Positions 1 through 13,056 of a DNA stretch of 64,000 nt are shown in pieces. Position 1 is the first letter of the stretch, and each line of letters starts with the position of its first letter. The position numbers and the translations under genes are program-made. The notes beneath the pieces are model-generated. The model was given only the letters and a program-made list of their open reading frames with translations. It was not told the origin of the DNA and ran no database searches. Origin of the DNA: an uncultured Sphingosinicella sp. (GTDB lineage Bacteria; Pseudomonadota; Alphaproteobacteria; Sphingomonadales; Sphingomonadaceae); NCBI RefSeq assembly GCF_963974575.1, contig NZ_CAXBBQ010000009.1, forward strand, positions 36,734-100,733. The letters are read 5' to 3'.

Positions 1-1
1 C

Positions 2-685
2 GTGGCCTATGGCTGGGCGGGTATGCTGCTTGGGACGCTGGCGTCGCTGGCGCTGGAAAACGAGCACGCCGCCGGGCTCTGGTATTTTGTCCACGGCCTC
101 GCGATCGCAGGGCCTGTCCTGCTCATTGGTCTGTCACTGCTTCCGTGGCGCAATCGCCTCAGCTTCGCAGACGGGCTGCGCGAGGTGGGTGTAATCATCT
201 GGCTCGGCGGGGTGAGCTTTGCGCATTTCGTGTGGGCTGGAACGGTAACCTCGACTGAAGCCGGAGAGATGGCCGTGCGCCTTGTCGTTCCGGTCGTCGT
301 CGCAGCAGCGGCTGTCTGGGCCGGTCGCCGCTGGCGAATGATCCCGCAGGCGATGTTGCTGCCGATCATCGCCGCCCCGATGGCGGCACTGCTGCTGGCA
401 ACTGTGGTCCCCCACGCAGACGGCTGGCCCGCGCGCCTCGCCGGTGCGCTCATCTACATGGCGATGTGGGGCGTCATCGCCCGCGCCGCGATCGTCTCCG
501 GCTGGCGCGCGCTGTTCGGCGTCGCCATCGCGGCGGTCGGCATCCGCATTTTCATCATCTATTTCGAGCTGTTCGGCTCGCTGGCGACGACCGGCGCCGG
601 GCTCATCATCGGCGGCATCCTCCTCATCGCGCTCGCGCTCGGCTGGCGCCGCGTGTTCGCCCTCGTCGGGAGGACACGTGCATGA
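2..685 (+). CDS. polytopic membrane protein, N-terminus cut by window edge (DUF2157/DUF4401-like partner of GDYXXLXY proteins)
   Basis: Frame is open from the window start and the translation is strongly hydrophobic with multiple TM segments. Its stop overlaps the next start as ATGA (682-685). The family label rests only on the recalled neighbourhood with GDYXXLXY genes. Confidence 0.5.
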   Translation: MAYGWAGMLLGTLASLALENEHAAGLWYFVHGLAIAGPVLLIGLSLLPWRNRLSFADGLREVGVIIWLGGVSFAHFVWAGTVTSTEAGEMAVRLVVPVVVAAAAVWAGRRWRMIPQAMLLPIIAAPMAALLLATVVPHADGWPARLAGALIYMAMWGVIARAAIVSGWRALFGVAIAAVGIRIFIIYFELFGSLATTGAGLIIGGILLIALALGWRRVFALVGRTRA

Positions 686-1167
686 AGCGCTGGCTTGCCT
701 TTGCCCTGCTCCTCCCGCTCGTCGGCCTCCTGCTCAGCATTGCCGCGCGCGAGGCGGGGCTTTCGGGCGCGTCCGAATGGCGTATTCCGATCGCAGGCTT
801 CGATCCGCGCGACCCTATCCGCGGCCGCTTCATCCAGTTCCGCTATGACTGGCGCGTAGCTGGCGATCCCGCCGTCTGCACGGGCACGGCCTGTGGTCTT
901 TGCCTGTCCGAACAGGCGGGAGAGATCGTGGCGACGATGGTGGCGCCGGGCACGGCGTGCCCGGCCTATATCGATGTAAACGGCAGCAACATCAGGCGGT
1001 TGAACGTCGCACCCGGTCAGGTGCCGGACTTCTCAAGCCGCATCTTCGTGTCAGAGACGAGCGCGCCCAAGCTTGAGGATATGCTGCGCCGCGAGCCGAT
1101 GGTGGTGGTCGCGCAGCTCACGCGCGGCGGCCGCCTCGTCAACGACAGGCTCGAACCCGCGAACTAG
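682..1167 (+). CDS. GDYXXLXY-like membrane-anchored protein
   Basis: An internal ATG at 682 in track ORF 466..1167 gives MKRWLAFALLLPLVGLL (signal/anchor). RGRFIQFRYDW resembles the GDYxxLxY core. The upstream part of the track ORF is Arg-rich and overlaps the previous gene. Confidence 0.5.
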   Translation: MKRWLAFALLLPLVGLLLSIAAREAGLSGASEWRIPIAGFDPRDPIRGRFIQFRYDWRVAGDPAVCTGTACGLCLSEQAGEIVATMVAPGTACPAYIDVNGSNIRRLNVAPGQVPDFSSRIFVSETSAPKLEDMLRREPMVVVAQLTRGGRLVNDRLEPAN

Positions 1168-1718
1168 ATCCGCTTGGAAATCGCGATCGCCGCCCGGCAC
1201 CCCGCGCGGATCGCGGCGGAAAGCAGCGGATAGGCGGGCGCCTGCTCGGCGCCGTGCGCAATCGCCGTATCGCGGTGCTCGCGTTCTTCTTCGGCGAATT
1301 CCTCGATACGCGCCTTCAGCTCGGGATCGCTGTCGCCAAGCGCTTCGGCCTGCTCGGCATAGTGGCGGTCGATCTCTGTCTCGATCGCGGCTGTGCACGC
1401 CATTGCCGCGCGCGGCCCCATCAGCGCGGTCGCCGCGCCGAGCGCATAGCCCGCGACATGCCAGAAGGGCGCCAGCGCCGTCGGCCGGACGCCCCGCTCC
1501 ACGACCATGCGATTGAACACGTCGAGGTGGTGCTGCTCCTGCGCGCGCATCCGCGCGATCTCGGTGCTGTCGGGATGGCGGTTCCCCATCACCGCGAGTT
1601 GCCCCTCATAGATGCGGGCGGCGCCATATTCGCCCGCCTGATCGACGCGCAGCATGGAGGCCGTGTCCGCGCCCCGGTCGCCGGGGAGGGGATGTTTCAG
1701 CGTTTCAGGATCAGCCAC
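1164..1718 (-). CDS. coq7: demethoxyubiquinone hydroxylase (Coq7 family di-iron protein)
   Basis: 184 aa with two ExxH di-iron motifs (EQHH, EREH) and typical Coq7 length and helix pattern. Confidence 0.85.
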   Translation of the reverse strand: MADPETLKHPLPGDRGADTASMLRVDQAGEYGAARIYEGQLAVMGNRHPDSTEIARMRAQEQHHLDVFNRMVVERGVRPTALAPFWHVAGYALGAATALMGPRAAMACTAAIETEIDRHYAEQAEALGDSDPELKARIEEFAEEEREHRDTAIAHGAEQAPAYPLLSAAIRAGCRAAIAISKRI

Positions 1719-2161
1719 AGCGCGACTCCTGCGATCAGCCCGGAGAATATGGCATTATATCCGGCCATCGAAATGCCCGCCAGCGACCATGCGATCTGGT
1801 CGCACTGCACGACCGGCGTCGCCATCACGTTCGACAAGAAGTCGCCGGAGCCAAGGTCCGTGGCACTGCACGCGCTCGGGCCCTGCCACCAGCGCTGCTC
1901 GACGCCCGCGTGGAACACGCCGATGCCCGCCGTAACCAGTTCCGCGAGCGCGGCGAGAAGCAGCAGCGCGCGCTTGCCCGCGCCCGGCACGAACAGCGCG
2001 AGGCTGGCGAGGATCAGCGCGATGGCGTGCGGCCAGCGCTGCCAGATGCACATCTCGCACGGGTGCAGCCCGCCGATATGCTGGAATGCGAATGCGCCGC
2101 CCAGCAGCGCGGCCGGCCCAAGCAGAAGAAGCAGATGCGCGCCGCGCAGCCGGTCAGCCAT
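1697..2161 (-). CDS. disulfide bond formation protein B family
   Basis: About 154 aa from MADRLRG (ATG at 2161). Four hydrophobic segments, a CEMC CxxC motif after TM1 and a second Cys pair in the later loop. Confidence 0.65.
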   Translation of the reverse strand: MADRLRGAHLLLLLGPAALLGGAFAFQHIGGLHPCEMCIWQRWPHAIALILASLALFVPGAGKRALLLLAALAELVTAGIGVFHAGVEQRWWQGPSACSATDLGSGDFLSNVMATPVVQCDQIAWSLAGISMAGYNAIFSGLIAGVALWLILKR

Positions 2162-3110
2162 TGCTGGCCTTTCGGGCGACGAGGCTGGCGCCCACAAGCG
2201 TCACACCTTCCGCTTCCAGCGCCGCCGACCAGCGCTCGATCTCGCTGATCGTCGTGGAGACGGGGCGGGCATAGCCGATCGCATAGCCGCGGCGTTTCGC
2301 GGTGGCGACGAGGTCGTCGAGGTTGCGGCGGATGTTCGCCGCGGTTTCCGGCTCGTCGAGGAAGCGGTCGTTGGTGGCTGAAGCGAGGCCTATGGCGCGC
2401 GCTTCCTTTTCACCCACGGAGCGCCCGGAGGAGCGCGCGTCCACGTAGAGGAGCCGCTTCGCCTTCAACGCATCGAGCACCGGCCGCATCGCGGCGGCAT
2501 TTTCGGTGAAGGCGCTGCCCATCATATTGGTGATGCCCATCGGCGCCTCAACGCGAGACAGCGCCCAGTTCAGGCGCCGCACGTTTTCGGCGGGCGCTTC
2601 GCCCGTCAGCAGCACATTCTGGCCGGGATTGACGCGCGGGTACGATTTCGGCTGCATCGGCACGGAGAGCCACACCTCGTGCCCGCCCGCCTTCGCGGCC
2701 TTGGCAAGGTCGCGCGAGGCGTCGGCGTAGGGCGAAAAGGCGAGGCTGACAGCGGCGGGCAGTCGGTCGATCGCGGCCTTCGCAGCAGTCGCGTTCGGGC
2801 CAAGCTCGGTAAGCACGATGGCCACGATCGGTCCTGCCGGGATCGGCGCTGCCGATGCGGCGGGCCGCACAGGCGGTGTTTCACCCGCCGCAAGCCGCGC
2901 CTCGTCGATCTCGGGTTTGTCGACGTCGGTGACGGGAACCTGCGCGATTGGCGGCCGCAGCGTGCCCGCTGTCGCAGCGTCCTTCGCTTTCACCTTGGCT
3001 TCCGGCGGCAGCACGCGGCGCGGCTGATCGCCCGTTTGCGCGGCGGCGTGGCTCGGCGCGAGGGGCCGCAGCAGCTCGACGAACACGGTCGCAAGGCCAA
3101 TGAACAGCAC
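2154..3110 (-). CDS. divergent polysaccharide deacetylase family protein (YibQ-like)
   Basis: N-terminal anchor, a Pro/Ala-rich linker, then a C-terminal domain with the YibQ-like pattern (LPAAVSLAFSPY ... HEVWL..P). Assigned from recall. Confidence 0.65.
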   Translation of the reverse strand: MLFIGLATVFVELLRPLAPSHAAAQTGDQPRRVLPPEAKVKAKDAATAGTLRPPIAQVPVTDVDKPEIDEARLAAGETPPVRPAASAAPIPAGPIVAIVLTELGPNATAAKAAIDRLPAAVSLAFSPYADASRDLAKAAKAGGHEVWLSVPMQPKSYPRVNPGQNVLLTGEAPAENVRRLNWALSRVEAPMGITNMMGSAFTENAAAMRPVLDALKAKRLLYVDARSSGRSVGEKEARAIGLASATNDRFLDEPETAANIRRNLDDLVATAKRRGYAIGYARPVSTTISEIERWSAALEAEGVTLVGASLVARKASNG

Positions 3111-3166
3111 GGCGCCGCCAAGCGCGAGCAGCAGTCCCCGGCCCCGACGGGGGGCGATGTCTTCGC

Positions 3167-4489
3167 TCAGCGGGATACCTCTGCAGTTTGCACCGGCCCC
3201 AGCCGGCCGATGATCTTCATCGCATAGTCGAGCTGGTAGTCCTTCACGCCCGCCTTCTCGAGATCGGCGGCGGTCCGCGTGAAGCGCGGGTTTTCCTTGT
3301 CGTCTTCCTCGATGATCTTGTTGTCCTTCACCGCGTCGTTGCGCAGGTGCTGGCGCAGGTCCGCCTCGCGGATCACGCGGCGTTCCTTGTAATCGGCGTC
3401 CGAAAGCTGCGGCACGGTGATGTCGGGTTCGATGCCCGCTTCCTGCACGGAGCGGCCCGACGGCGTGAAGTAGCGCGCCGTGGTGAGCCGGAGCGCCGTG
3501 TCCTGCGTCATCGGGATCAGCGTCTGCACCGAGCCCTTGCCGAAGCTGCGCTGGCCGAGCACGAGCGCGCGGCGGTGATCCTGAAGCGCCCCCGCGACGA
3601 TCTCGGCGGCGGATGCCGAGCCTTCATCGACGAGCACGACGATCGGCTTGCCCTTCGTGTCGTCGCCTTCGCGCGCGTAGTAGCGCTGCACGTCGCCCTT
3701 GCGGCGCCCGCGCTGCGAAACGATCTCGCCGCGCTCCAGGAACGCGTCGGAAACCTCGATCGCCTGATCGAGGAGCCCGCCGGGGTTCGATCGCAGGTCG
3801 ACCACGAAGCCGAGCAGCTTGCCGCCCGCCTGCTTTTCCATTGCCGCGATCGCCTGTCGCGTCGCTTCGCCGGTCTGCTTGTTGAACGCGGAGATGCGCA
3901 GGATGCCGATGTTGTTCTTCACTTCGGACTTCACCGGCTTCAGCGAGATGATCTCGCGCTTCAGCGTCAGCTCCATCGGCTTCTGCTGGCCGGTGCGCAC
4001 GACGCTGATCTTCACGGTCGTGCCCGGCACGCCCTTCATCTTGTCGACCGCATCATCAAGCGACAGGCCGTAGATGAGTTCCCCGTCGATATGCGTGATG
4101 TAGTCGCCTGCCTTGATGCCGGCCCTTGCGGCGGGCGTATCGTCCGTCGGCGCGATCACTTTCACCACGCCGTCTTCCTGGCTGACGGTAAGGCCGAGCC
4201 CGCCATATTCGCCCTCAGTCTGCGTCCGCATCCGCTCGAAGTTGCGCATATTAAGGAAGCTGGAATGCGGATCGAGGCTGGAAAGCATCCCGTTGATCGC
4301 GCCCTCGATCAGCTTCTCGTCGGTAACTTCGTCTACATATTCGGCACGCACCCGCTCGAACACATCCATCAGCTGGTCGAGCTGGCGATAGGTGCTCGCC
4401 GGATTCGCCGCCTGCACGGCGGTCGTCGATGGAATGAGCGCGATCGCCACGGCGGGGATCAGCGTGTGCAAAAGCTTACGAGACATCAC
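3167..4489 (-). CDS. ctpA: S41 family C-terminal processing peptidase
   Basis: 440 aa with a signal peptide, a PDZ region (GDYITHIDGE) and the S41 core motifs RSNPGG and GSASAAEIVAGALQD. Confidence 0.85.
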   Translation of the reverse strand: MMSRKLLHTLIPAVAIALIPSTTAVQAANPASTYRQLDQLMDVFERVRAEYVDEVTDEKLIEGAINGMLSSLDPHSSFLNMRNFERMRTQTEGEYGGLGLTVSQEDGVVKVIAPTDDTPAARAGIKAGDYITHIDGELIYGLSLDDAVDKMKGVPGTTVKISVVRTGQQKPMELTLKREIISLKPVKSEVKNNIGILRISAFNKQTGEATRQAIAAMEKQAGGKLLGFVVDLRSNPGGLLDQAIEVSDAFLERGEIVSQRGRRKGDVQRYYAREGDDTKGKPIVVLVDEGSASAAEIVAGALQDHRRALVLGQRSFGKGSVQTLIPMTQDTALRLTTARYFTPSGRSVQEAGIEPDITVPQLSDADYKERRVIREADLRQHLRNDAVKDNKIIEEDDKENPRFTRTAADLEKAGVKDYQLDYAMKIIGRLGPVQTAEVSR

Positions 4490-4579
4490 TTCTTCCTTGT
4501 CGTGACCGGCGGCGCGGCCCTCTCCCAGCGCGTCGGCATCATCATAGCCGCGCGTCGATGAATTGGCGAGTAACGGATT

Positions 4580-5692
4580 TCAGCCATCGCGACCGGTTTT
4601 GCGGACATGTGGCGCGGGATCGATGGGGCGGCCACCCTGCCGGAGTTCGAGGTAAAGCTCGGGCTCCAGCGATCCCATGCGGCCGATCGGCGTTCCGGCC
4701 GAAACCGTTTCGCCGACAAGTACATCGACGCGTTCGAGGCCCGACATCATGCTGAGCAAACGCTCGGGATGCTGGACGATGACGATATCGCCGTACGTAC
4801 GGAACGGCCCGGCGTAGGCGATCCGGCCCTTCGCAGGAGCGACGACCTGCGCGCCTTTGCGCGTTGCGAGTGTGATGCCGCGCGCACGAACGCCGACATG
4901 GCTCATGTCAGCGAAGCCTTCCACGATGTTGCCCGCCGCGGGTTGCAGATAGGGGAAGGGGAGCGCCGCGGCGGCCGTCCGGACAGGCCGGGGCGGCGCC
5001 AGCCGCCGTGCGTTCGTTCCCGCGCTGTCATCGAATGCGCCCGCGAGACCGCGCAGGTCCATCGCCTTCGCGGCCAGCGTGCGCGCCTGCGCGCGCTCCT
5101 CATCGGCCTCGCGATCGAGCGAGTCGCGTTCGGCGCGGAGGTCGGCCTGCAGGCCATCGAGTTGGCGAATCGCCTGCGAAAGCTCGGTGTTGGCGGCGAG
5201 CAGCTGCCGCTTCGACGCGACGAGCCGGGCCTGCACGGTGCGGGAGTCGACAAGCGCGCGCCGGTATTCGGCGGTGCGCGTCCGAAGCGCTGGTTGAACG
5301 GCTTCCAGAAGCGCGCTGACACGGGCGGTCGTGACGGCGGAGGAGGGTTCGAGAAGCACGAGGCCGGCCGGCCTGCGGCTCAGGGTCTGGAGCACGGCGA
5401 GGAGTCGGCTGATCTCGCCATGCTGTGCGGCGAGCCGGGCGCGCTGCTGGCGCCGCAATCGCTCGAGTCGGGTAATTCCAGCCTCGATGGCGCTCACGCG
5501 CGCCTCGCCGTCCTGGATGCGCCGGGCAAGGTCGATCGCGGTCTGCCGCGCGGCGCGCGCCCTGTTGTCGGCGGCATCGGCGTCGCGGCGCAGCGCGGCG
5601 GCGCGGGAGTCGGCCTTCAGCGCATCCTGTTCCGCCTTGTCCGCGGGCGCTGCCGCGGCGAGGAGCAGGAAGGCGAGGGCCGCGGTTCGCAT
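4580..5692 (-). CDS. M23 peptidase-domain murein hydrolase activator (EnvC-like)
   Basis: Start taken at MRTAALAFLLLAAAA (ATG at 5692, TCAT overlap with the rlmH stop). Long coiled-coil region followed by a C-terminal LytM/M23 domain. Confidence 0.75.
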   Translation of the reverse strand: MRTAALAFLLLAAAAPADKAEQDALKADSRAAALRRDADAADNRARAARQTAIDLARRIQDGEARVSAIEAGITRLERLRRQQRARLAAQHGEISRLLAVLQTLSRRPAGLVLLEPSSAVTTARVSALLEAVQPALRTRTAEYRRALVDSRTVQARLVASKRQLLAANTELSQAIRQLDGLQADLRAERDSLDREADEERAQARTLAAKAMDLRGLAGAFDDSAGTNARRLAPPRPVRTAAAALPFPYLQPAAGNIVEGFADMSHVGVRARGITLATRKGAQVVAPAKGRIAYAGPFRTYGDIVIVQHPERLLSMMSGLERVDVLVGETVSAGTPIGRMGSLEPELYLELRQGGRPIDPAPHVRKTGRDG

Positions 5693-6114
5693 CAGCCCTC
5701 GCGGTGGTAGGGGTGGCCGGCGAGAATGGCCGTTGCCCGGTATAGCTGCTCGGCGAGCATCGCGCGCACCATCAGGTGGGGCCATGTCGTCTTGCCGAAG
5801 CTGATGAGGAGGTCTGCACCTTCGCGCGTTTCAGCGTCGTGGCCGTCAGCGGCACCGATCAGGAAGCGGGTTTCGCGCACGCCGTCATCCCGCCAGCGCC
5901 CAAGGCGTTCCGCAAACGCCGTGGAAGCGAGGCTTTCGCCGCGTTCATCGAGCGCCACCGTGCGGCAATCGCCGGTCGGTGACGGCACGCGGCCGCCTTT
6001 GTCGGGAAGCTCGGTGATGCGAAACGGCCAGTTCATCCGCGCGCGGTAGCGTTCGACGAGATCAGCTTCCGGGCCGCGCCCGATGCGTCCGCGCGCGATG
6101 ACATGCAGGAGCAC
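5692..6114 (-). CDS. rlmH: 23S rRNA (pseudouridine1915-N3)-methyltransferase
   Basis: 140 aa with an SPOUT/RlmH-like sequence (FLIGAADG, WPHLMVRAMLAEQLYRA) in the conserved nadD-rsfS-rlmH order. Confidence 0.85.
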   Translation of the reverse strand: MLLHVIARGRIGRGPEADLVERYRARMNWPFRITELPDKGGRVPSPTGDCRTVALDERGESLASTAFAERLGRWRDDGVRETRFLIGAADGHDAETREGADLLISFGKTTWPHLMVRAMLAEQLYRATAILAGHPYHREG

Positions 6115-6115
6115 C

Positions 6116-6511
6116 TTAGGCGGTTGCGGCCGCCGCCGGCGTCTTGTCGAAGGCCCACATCTTCTCGAGGTTGTAGAAGCTGCGGACTTCCGGGCGGAAC
6201 AGGTGAACGATCACGTCGTCCGCATCGATCAGCACCCAATCGGCGGTCGGCAGGCCTTCGATGCGCACAACGCGGCCGAGATCCGCCTTGATCTTTTCGG
6301 CAAGCTTCTGCGCCATGGAGGCCACCTGCCGTGTGGAGCGGCCGCTGGCGATGATCATGTGATCGGCGATTTGCGTTTTTCCGCTGAGCGGAATGTCGAT
6401 GACATCGACGGCCTGATCGTCGTCGAGCGACTTCAGGATGAGGGCGTGCAGCTCTTCGGAGCTTCCGCCTTCATGGTCGCCGGGCGTTGCCGCGGCGCTA
6501 TTGGGAGACAA
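6116..6511 (-). CDS. rsfS: ribosome silencing factor
   Basis: 131 aa with RsfS/iojap-like motifs (DHMIIASGRSTRQV, WVLIDADDVIVHLF). Confidence 0.85.
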   Translation of the reverse strand: MSPNSAAATPGDHEGGSSEELHALILKSLDDDQAVDVIDIPLSGKTQIADHMIIASGRSTRQVASMAQKLAEKIKADLGRVVRIEGLPTADWVLIDADDVIVHLFRPEVRSFYNLEKMWAFDKTPAAAATA

Positions 6512-6514
6512 TCC

Positions 6515-7120
6515 TTATCCCTTCGGGTTCGTTGCACCAATTCGGCTCGCCCATCCCGGATCGCGCGTGCGGATCGCTGTGGCGGAGGTGGGATCGAGCG
6601 GGATCGAAAGGATCACTATCGCCGGCAACTCCCATTCAGCCCAGAGTTTGGCACGCGCTTCGCCGCGAATATGCCGCCGAAGCCACGCCATGGCCGGAGC
6701 CCGGCGTGCCCGCCCAATGTAATCGCCCCGCGCCATTACGGCAATCGGCACTTCGCGTGCGATGTCGCGCCAGCGTTTCCAGCGGCTGAACTGCAACAGA
6801 TTGTCCGCGCCCATGATCCAGATGAAGCGGTGCTGCGGGAACGCGCGCCTCAGTGCGGTGATCGTATCGGCAGTGTAGACGGTGCCCAGCGACGCCTCGA
6901 TATCCGTGGGACGGATGCGCGGGTGCCGTGCAACACGCCGAGCGCACTCCATGCGCGCGGCAAGCGGGGCCATTCCCGCTTTTTCTTTCAAGGGGTTCTG
7001 CGGGCTGACCAGCCACCAGACCTCGTCGAGCGCGAGCCGCCGCAGCGCCTCGATACTGATATGCCGGTGGCCCTGATGCGCCGGGTTGAATGACCCGCCG
7101 ATAAGGCCGATCCGGGCCAC
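6515..7120 (-). CDS. nadD: nicotinate-nucleotide adenylyltransferase
   Basis: GLIGGSFNPAHQGH (the HxGH nucleotidyltransferase motif), about 200 aa, upstream of rsfS. Confidence 0.8.
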   Translation of the reverse strand: MARIGLIGGSFNPAHQGHRHISIEALRRLALDEVWWLVSPQNPLKEKAGMAPLAARMECARRVARHPRIRPTDIEASLGTVYTADTITALRRAFPQHRFIWIMGADNLLQFSRWKRWRDIAREVPIAVMARGDYIGRARRAPAMAWLRRHIRGEARAKLWAEWELPAIVILSIPLDPTSATAIRTRDPGWASRIGATNPKG

Positions 7121-8097
7121 TACAGCCCCGCCGCCTGTGCGGCGATTTCGTAAGAGCGGAGCCGGGCTGCCTGGTCGAAGATCATGCCCGTCACCATCAG
7201 TTCGTCGGCGCCGGTTTCGGCTGCGAACGCCTGCATCTGCCGCGCCACGGTCTCCGCGCTGCCTACAGCCGAGCAGGAGAGGGTGCGTGCGAGATGCGCC
7301 TGAAGCTCAGCGGGCAGCGATTCGCGGTAGCCGGGGATCGGCGGCGGCAGTTGCCCGCGCTGGCCCGTGACCATGCGCACGAAGGCCTGCTGCTGAGACG
7401 TTGCGAGTACGGCGGCCTCCTCGTCCGTATCGGCGGCGATGACGTTGTAGCCGAGCATCAGATACGGTTTGTCGAGGTAGGCAGATGGCTTGAAGTGGTT
7501 GCGGTACACCTCGATCGCCTGACTGAGCGCCTGCGGCGCGAAGTGCGAGGCGAAGGCGTAGGGCAGGCCGAGGTGCGCGGCGAGGCTCGCGCCGAACAGG
7601 CTGGAGCCGAGAATCCACACATCGACGTTCGCGCCGCCGCCCGGCACGGCAAGCACTGGGCCTTCGTCCCGGAAAAAGGCCATGACCTCCTGCACGTCCT
7701 GCGGGAAGCGCTCCGAGGCTGCATGCAGGTCGCGGCGGATTGCCTGCGAGACCATCTGATCGGAGCCGGGCGCACGGCCGAGGCCGAGATCAATGCGACC
7801 GGGGTAGAGCGCGTCGAGTGTGCCGAATTGTTCGGCGATCAGCAGCGGCGCGTGGTTCGGCAGCATGATGCCGCCCGCGCCGACGCGAATCGTTGAGGTC
7901 GCGCCCGCGATATGGCCGATCAGCACCGAAGTCGCGGCGCTGGCGATGCCGGCCATGCCGTGATGTTCGGCGAGCCAGAGGCGGCGGTAGCCGAGCCGTT
8001 CGCCGGTTTGCGCGAGCGCCACGGAATTGGCGAAGGACTGCCGGACGCTGCCGCCTTCGGTGACGGGCGAGAGGTCGAGGATCGAAAGCGGGATCAT
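7120..8097 (-). CDS. LLM-class flavin-dependent oxidoreductase (luciferase-like, YhbW/MsnO8-like)
   Basis: ATG at 8097 ([11 protein letters not shown]). LWLAEHH and [11 protein letters not shown] motifs. The upstream 40 codons of the track ORF overlap proA. Confidence 0.75.
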   Translation of the reverse strand: MIPLSILDLSPVTEGGSVRQSFANSVALAQTGERLGYRRLWLAEHHGMAGIASAATSVLIGHIAGATSTIRVGAGGIMLPNHAPLLIAEQFGTLDALYPGRIDLGLGRAPGSDQMVSQAIRRDLHAASERFPQDVQEVMAFFRDEGPVLAVPGGGANVDVWILGSSLFGASLAAHLGLPYAFASHFAPQALSQAIEVYRNHFKPSAYLDKPYLMLGYNVIAADTDEEAAVLATSQQQAFVRMVTGQRGQLPPPIPGYRESLPAELQAHLARTLSCSAVGSAETVARQMQAFAAETGADELMVTGMIFDQAARLRSYEIAAQAAGL

Positions 8098-8104
8098 GCC
8101 GCCA

Positions 8105-9357
8105 TCAGGGGCGAACCTGCCCGTTGCCGCGTACCACGGTCTTGTAGGTGGTGAGCCCTTCGAGCGCGACCGGGCCGCGCGCGTGAAGGCGCCCGGTGGC
8201 GATGCCGATCTCCGCACCGAAGCCGAACTCGCCGCCGTCCGCGAACTGCGTTGAGGCGTTGTGGATCACGATGGCGCTGTCCACGCCCGCAAGAAAACGG
8301 TTCGCGGTCTCGGCGTTTTCGGTGACGATGCTCTCGGTATGTGCGCTGCCGTGGCGAGCGATGTGTTCGGCCGCGCCTGATACGCCGTCCACCACCTTCG
8401 CAGAGATGATCGCGTCGAGATACTCGGTGCCCCAGTCAGCTTCGTCCGCCGCCACCACGCGCGAATCGATGGCCTGCACCGCGTCGTCTCCGCGCACCTC
8501 GCAGCCCGCGTCGAGCAGCGCTTTCACGACCCGCGCGCCGGTCGCCTGTGCACCTTCGTCGATCAGCAGTGTTTCCGCCGCGCCGCAGATGCCGGTGCGG
8601 CGTAGCTTGGCGTTGAGCGCGATGGCTTCGGCCTTGTCCGCGTCCGCGTCGCGGTCGATGTAGACGTGGCAGATACCGTCGAGGTGCGCGAGCACGGGCA
8701 CGCGCGCTTCGGATTGCACACGCGCAACGAGGCCCTTGCCGCCGCGCGGGATGATGATGTCGATAAGCCCGGCTGCGCCCAGCATCGCGCCGACGGCGGC
8801 GCGGTCGGGCGTGTCCACCAGTTGCACCGCATCGGCGGGAAGGCCTTCGCTGGCGATGCCGTCAATGAACGCTGCGTGCAGTGCCTTCGATGTGGCGAGC
8901 GCTTCCGATCCGCCGCGCAGGATGCAGGCGTTGCCCGACATCAGGCACAGAGCGCCCGCATCCACGGTGACGTTCGGGCGGCTTTCGTAGATGATGCCGA
9001 TGACGCCGAGCGGCACGCGCACCTGTTCGAATTTAAGGCCGTTCGGCTGGGTCCAACCCTTGATCGGCGCGCCCACGGGATCGGGAAGGCCTGCCACGGC
9101 TTCCACACCCGCCGCGATGCCTTCGAGGCGGGCATCGTCCAGCCGCAGCCTGTCGAGCATCGCTCCCGAGGTGCCGCGCGCCTCTGCAGCCTTCACGTCT
9201 TCGGCATTGGCGGCAAGGACCGTGGGAGCGGCGGCGCGGATCGCCTCTGCGGCGGCCTTCAATGCGGCAGCCTTGCGCGCGGTCGGCGTCGCCGCGAGCG
9301 TGCGGGACGCGGCGCGGGCGGCGGTGGCCATGTCGGCGATACGGGCTTCGATCTCAC

Positions 9358-9361
<4 letters not shown>
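8105..9361 (-). CDS. proA: glutamate-5-semialdehyde dehydrogenase
   Basis: Start at MSEIEARI (ATG at 9361, TCAT overlap with the proB stop). Aldehyde dehydrogenase/ProA sequence throughout. The 100-aa N-terminal extension in the track ORF is Arg-rich and overlaps proB. Confidence 0.9.
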
Positions 9362-12088
<2,727 letters not shown>

Positions 12089-12112
12089 GCCCGATCGGGA
12101 AGGGGAGAAACG

Positions 12113-12140
12113 AAAAAGGGAGATGGCGACCCATCTCCCT
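12113..12140 (-). terminator. intrinsic terminator after rpmA
   Basis: The minus strand reads GGGAGATGG-GTCG-CCATCTCCC followed by TTTTT (9-bp stem; one extra A:T pair possible). Confidence 0.7.
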
Positions 12141-12209
12141 TTCCCTGTGCGTATGCACCAGATTCAGGGGCCGCCTACCCGGCGACCGTATATCAAGCGG
12201 GCCGCCTCG

Positions 12210-12479
12210 CTATTCCGCTGCCATCGACATCGGGTCGACGCTGACGAATTTGCGTCCAAGCTTGCCGTCGTGGAACGCTACGCGGCCCTCGACGAGCGCG
12301 AACAGCGTATGGTCCTTGCCTATGCCGACATTACGGCCCGGGTAGAACTTGGTTCCGCGTTGGCGGACGAGAATGTTGCCAGCGAGCACGTCCTGCCCGC
12401 CGAAGCGCTTCACGCCAAGACGCTTGCCTGCCGAATCGCGACCGTTACGCGACGAACCGCCAGCTTTCTTATGTGCCAT
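12210..12479 (-). CDS. rpmA: 50S ribosomal protein L27
   Basis: [16 protein letters not shown], a canonical L27 N-terminus. Confidence 0.95.
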   Translation of the reverse strand: MAHKKAGGSSRNGRDSAGKRLGVKRFGGQDVLAGNILVRQRGTKFYPGRNVGIGKDHTLFALVEGRVAFHDGKLGRKFVSVDPMSMAAE

Positions 12480-12494
12480 GGTTCAAACTCCTCT

Positions 12495-12923
12495 TTACTC
12501 GGCGTCGGTCTTGGCAGCGGCCTTCTTGGCCGGGGCCTTCTTCGCGGGCTTTTCAGCCGGCTCGGCGGCCGCTTCTACGGCCGGCGCGGCTTCCGCCTTC
12601 GCGGCCTTTGGCGCCTTCGCGGCGGTCTTGCCGATCGCGGTGATCTTCAGCACCGTCAGAAGCTGGCGGTGACCGTTGCGGCGGCGATAGCCGTGACGGC
12701 GCTTCTTCTTGAAGACAATGACCTTGTCGCCCTTGGGCTGCGCCACGATCTCGGCCGACACGACCTGACCGGCCACGTCCTTGAGTTCGCCGCCCTCGCC
12801 GATGGCAAGGATGTCGCCCAACTGGACGGTTTCGCCGACTTCGCCCTTCAGGCGGTCAACGGTGATCTTCTGCTCGGCGGCGACGCGATACTGCTTGCCG
12901 CCCGTGCGCACGACTGCGAACAT
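12495..12923 (-). CDS. rplU: 50S ribosomal protein L21 (with Ala/Lys-rich C-terminal tail)
   Basis: Start at [14 protein letters not shown] (ATG at 12923). The C-terminus is a roughly 40-aa [10 protein letters not shown]-type tail. Confidence 0.9.
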   Translation of the reverse strand: MFAVVRTGGKQYRVAAEQKITVDRLKGEVGETVQLGDILAIGEGGELKDVAGQVVSAEIVAQPKGDKVIVFKKKRRHGYRRRNGHRQLLTVLKITAIGKTAAKAPKAAKAEAAPAVEAAAEPAEKPAKKAPAKKAAAKTDAE

Positions 12924-13004
12924 GGCTTTGGCTACCTTAGGCCCAGAAATTGAACAACAGGCACCAGCGCGTGGAACCACGCCGATGCCTGTGGAAAGCG
13001 CAGC

Positions 13005-13033
13005 TAGCTACTGGCCGTGGGCGTGAATGTCAA
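13005..13033 (-). promoter_or_regulatory. candidate sigma-70 promoter for rplU-rpmA
   Basis: The minus strand reads TTGACA-N17-TAGCTA, about 80 nt upstream of the rplU ATG. Confidence 0.4.
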
Positions 13034-13056
13034 CCGATTCAGCACAGCTTTTGCCA

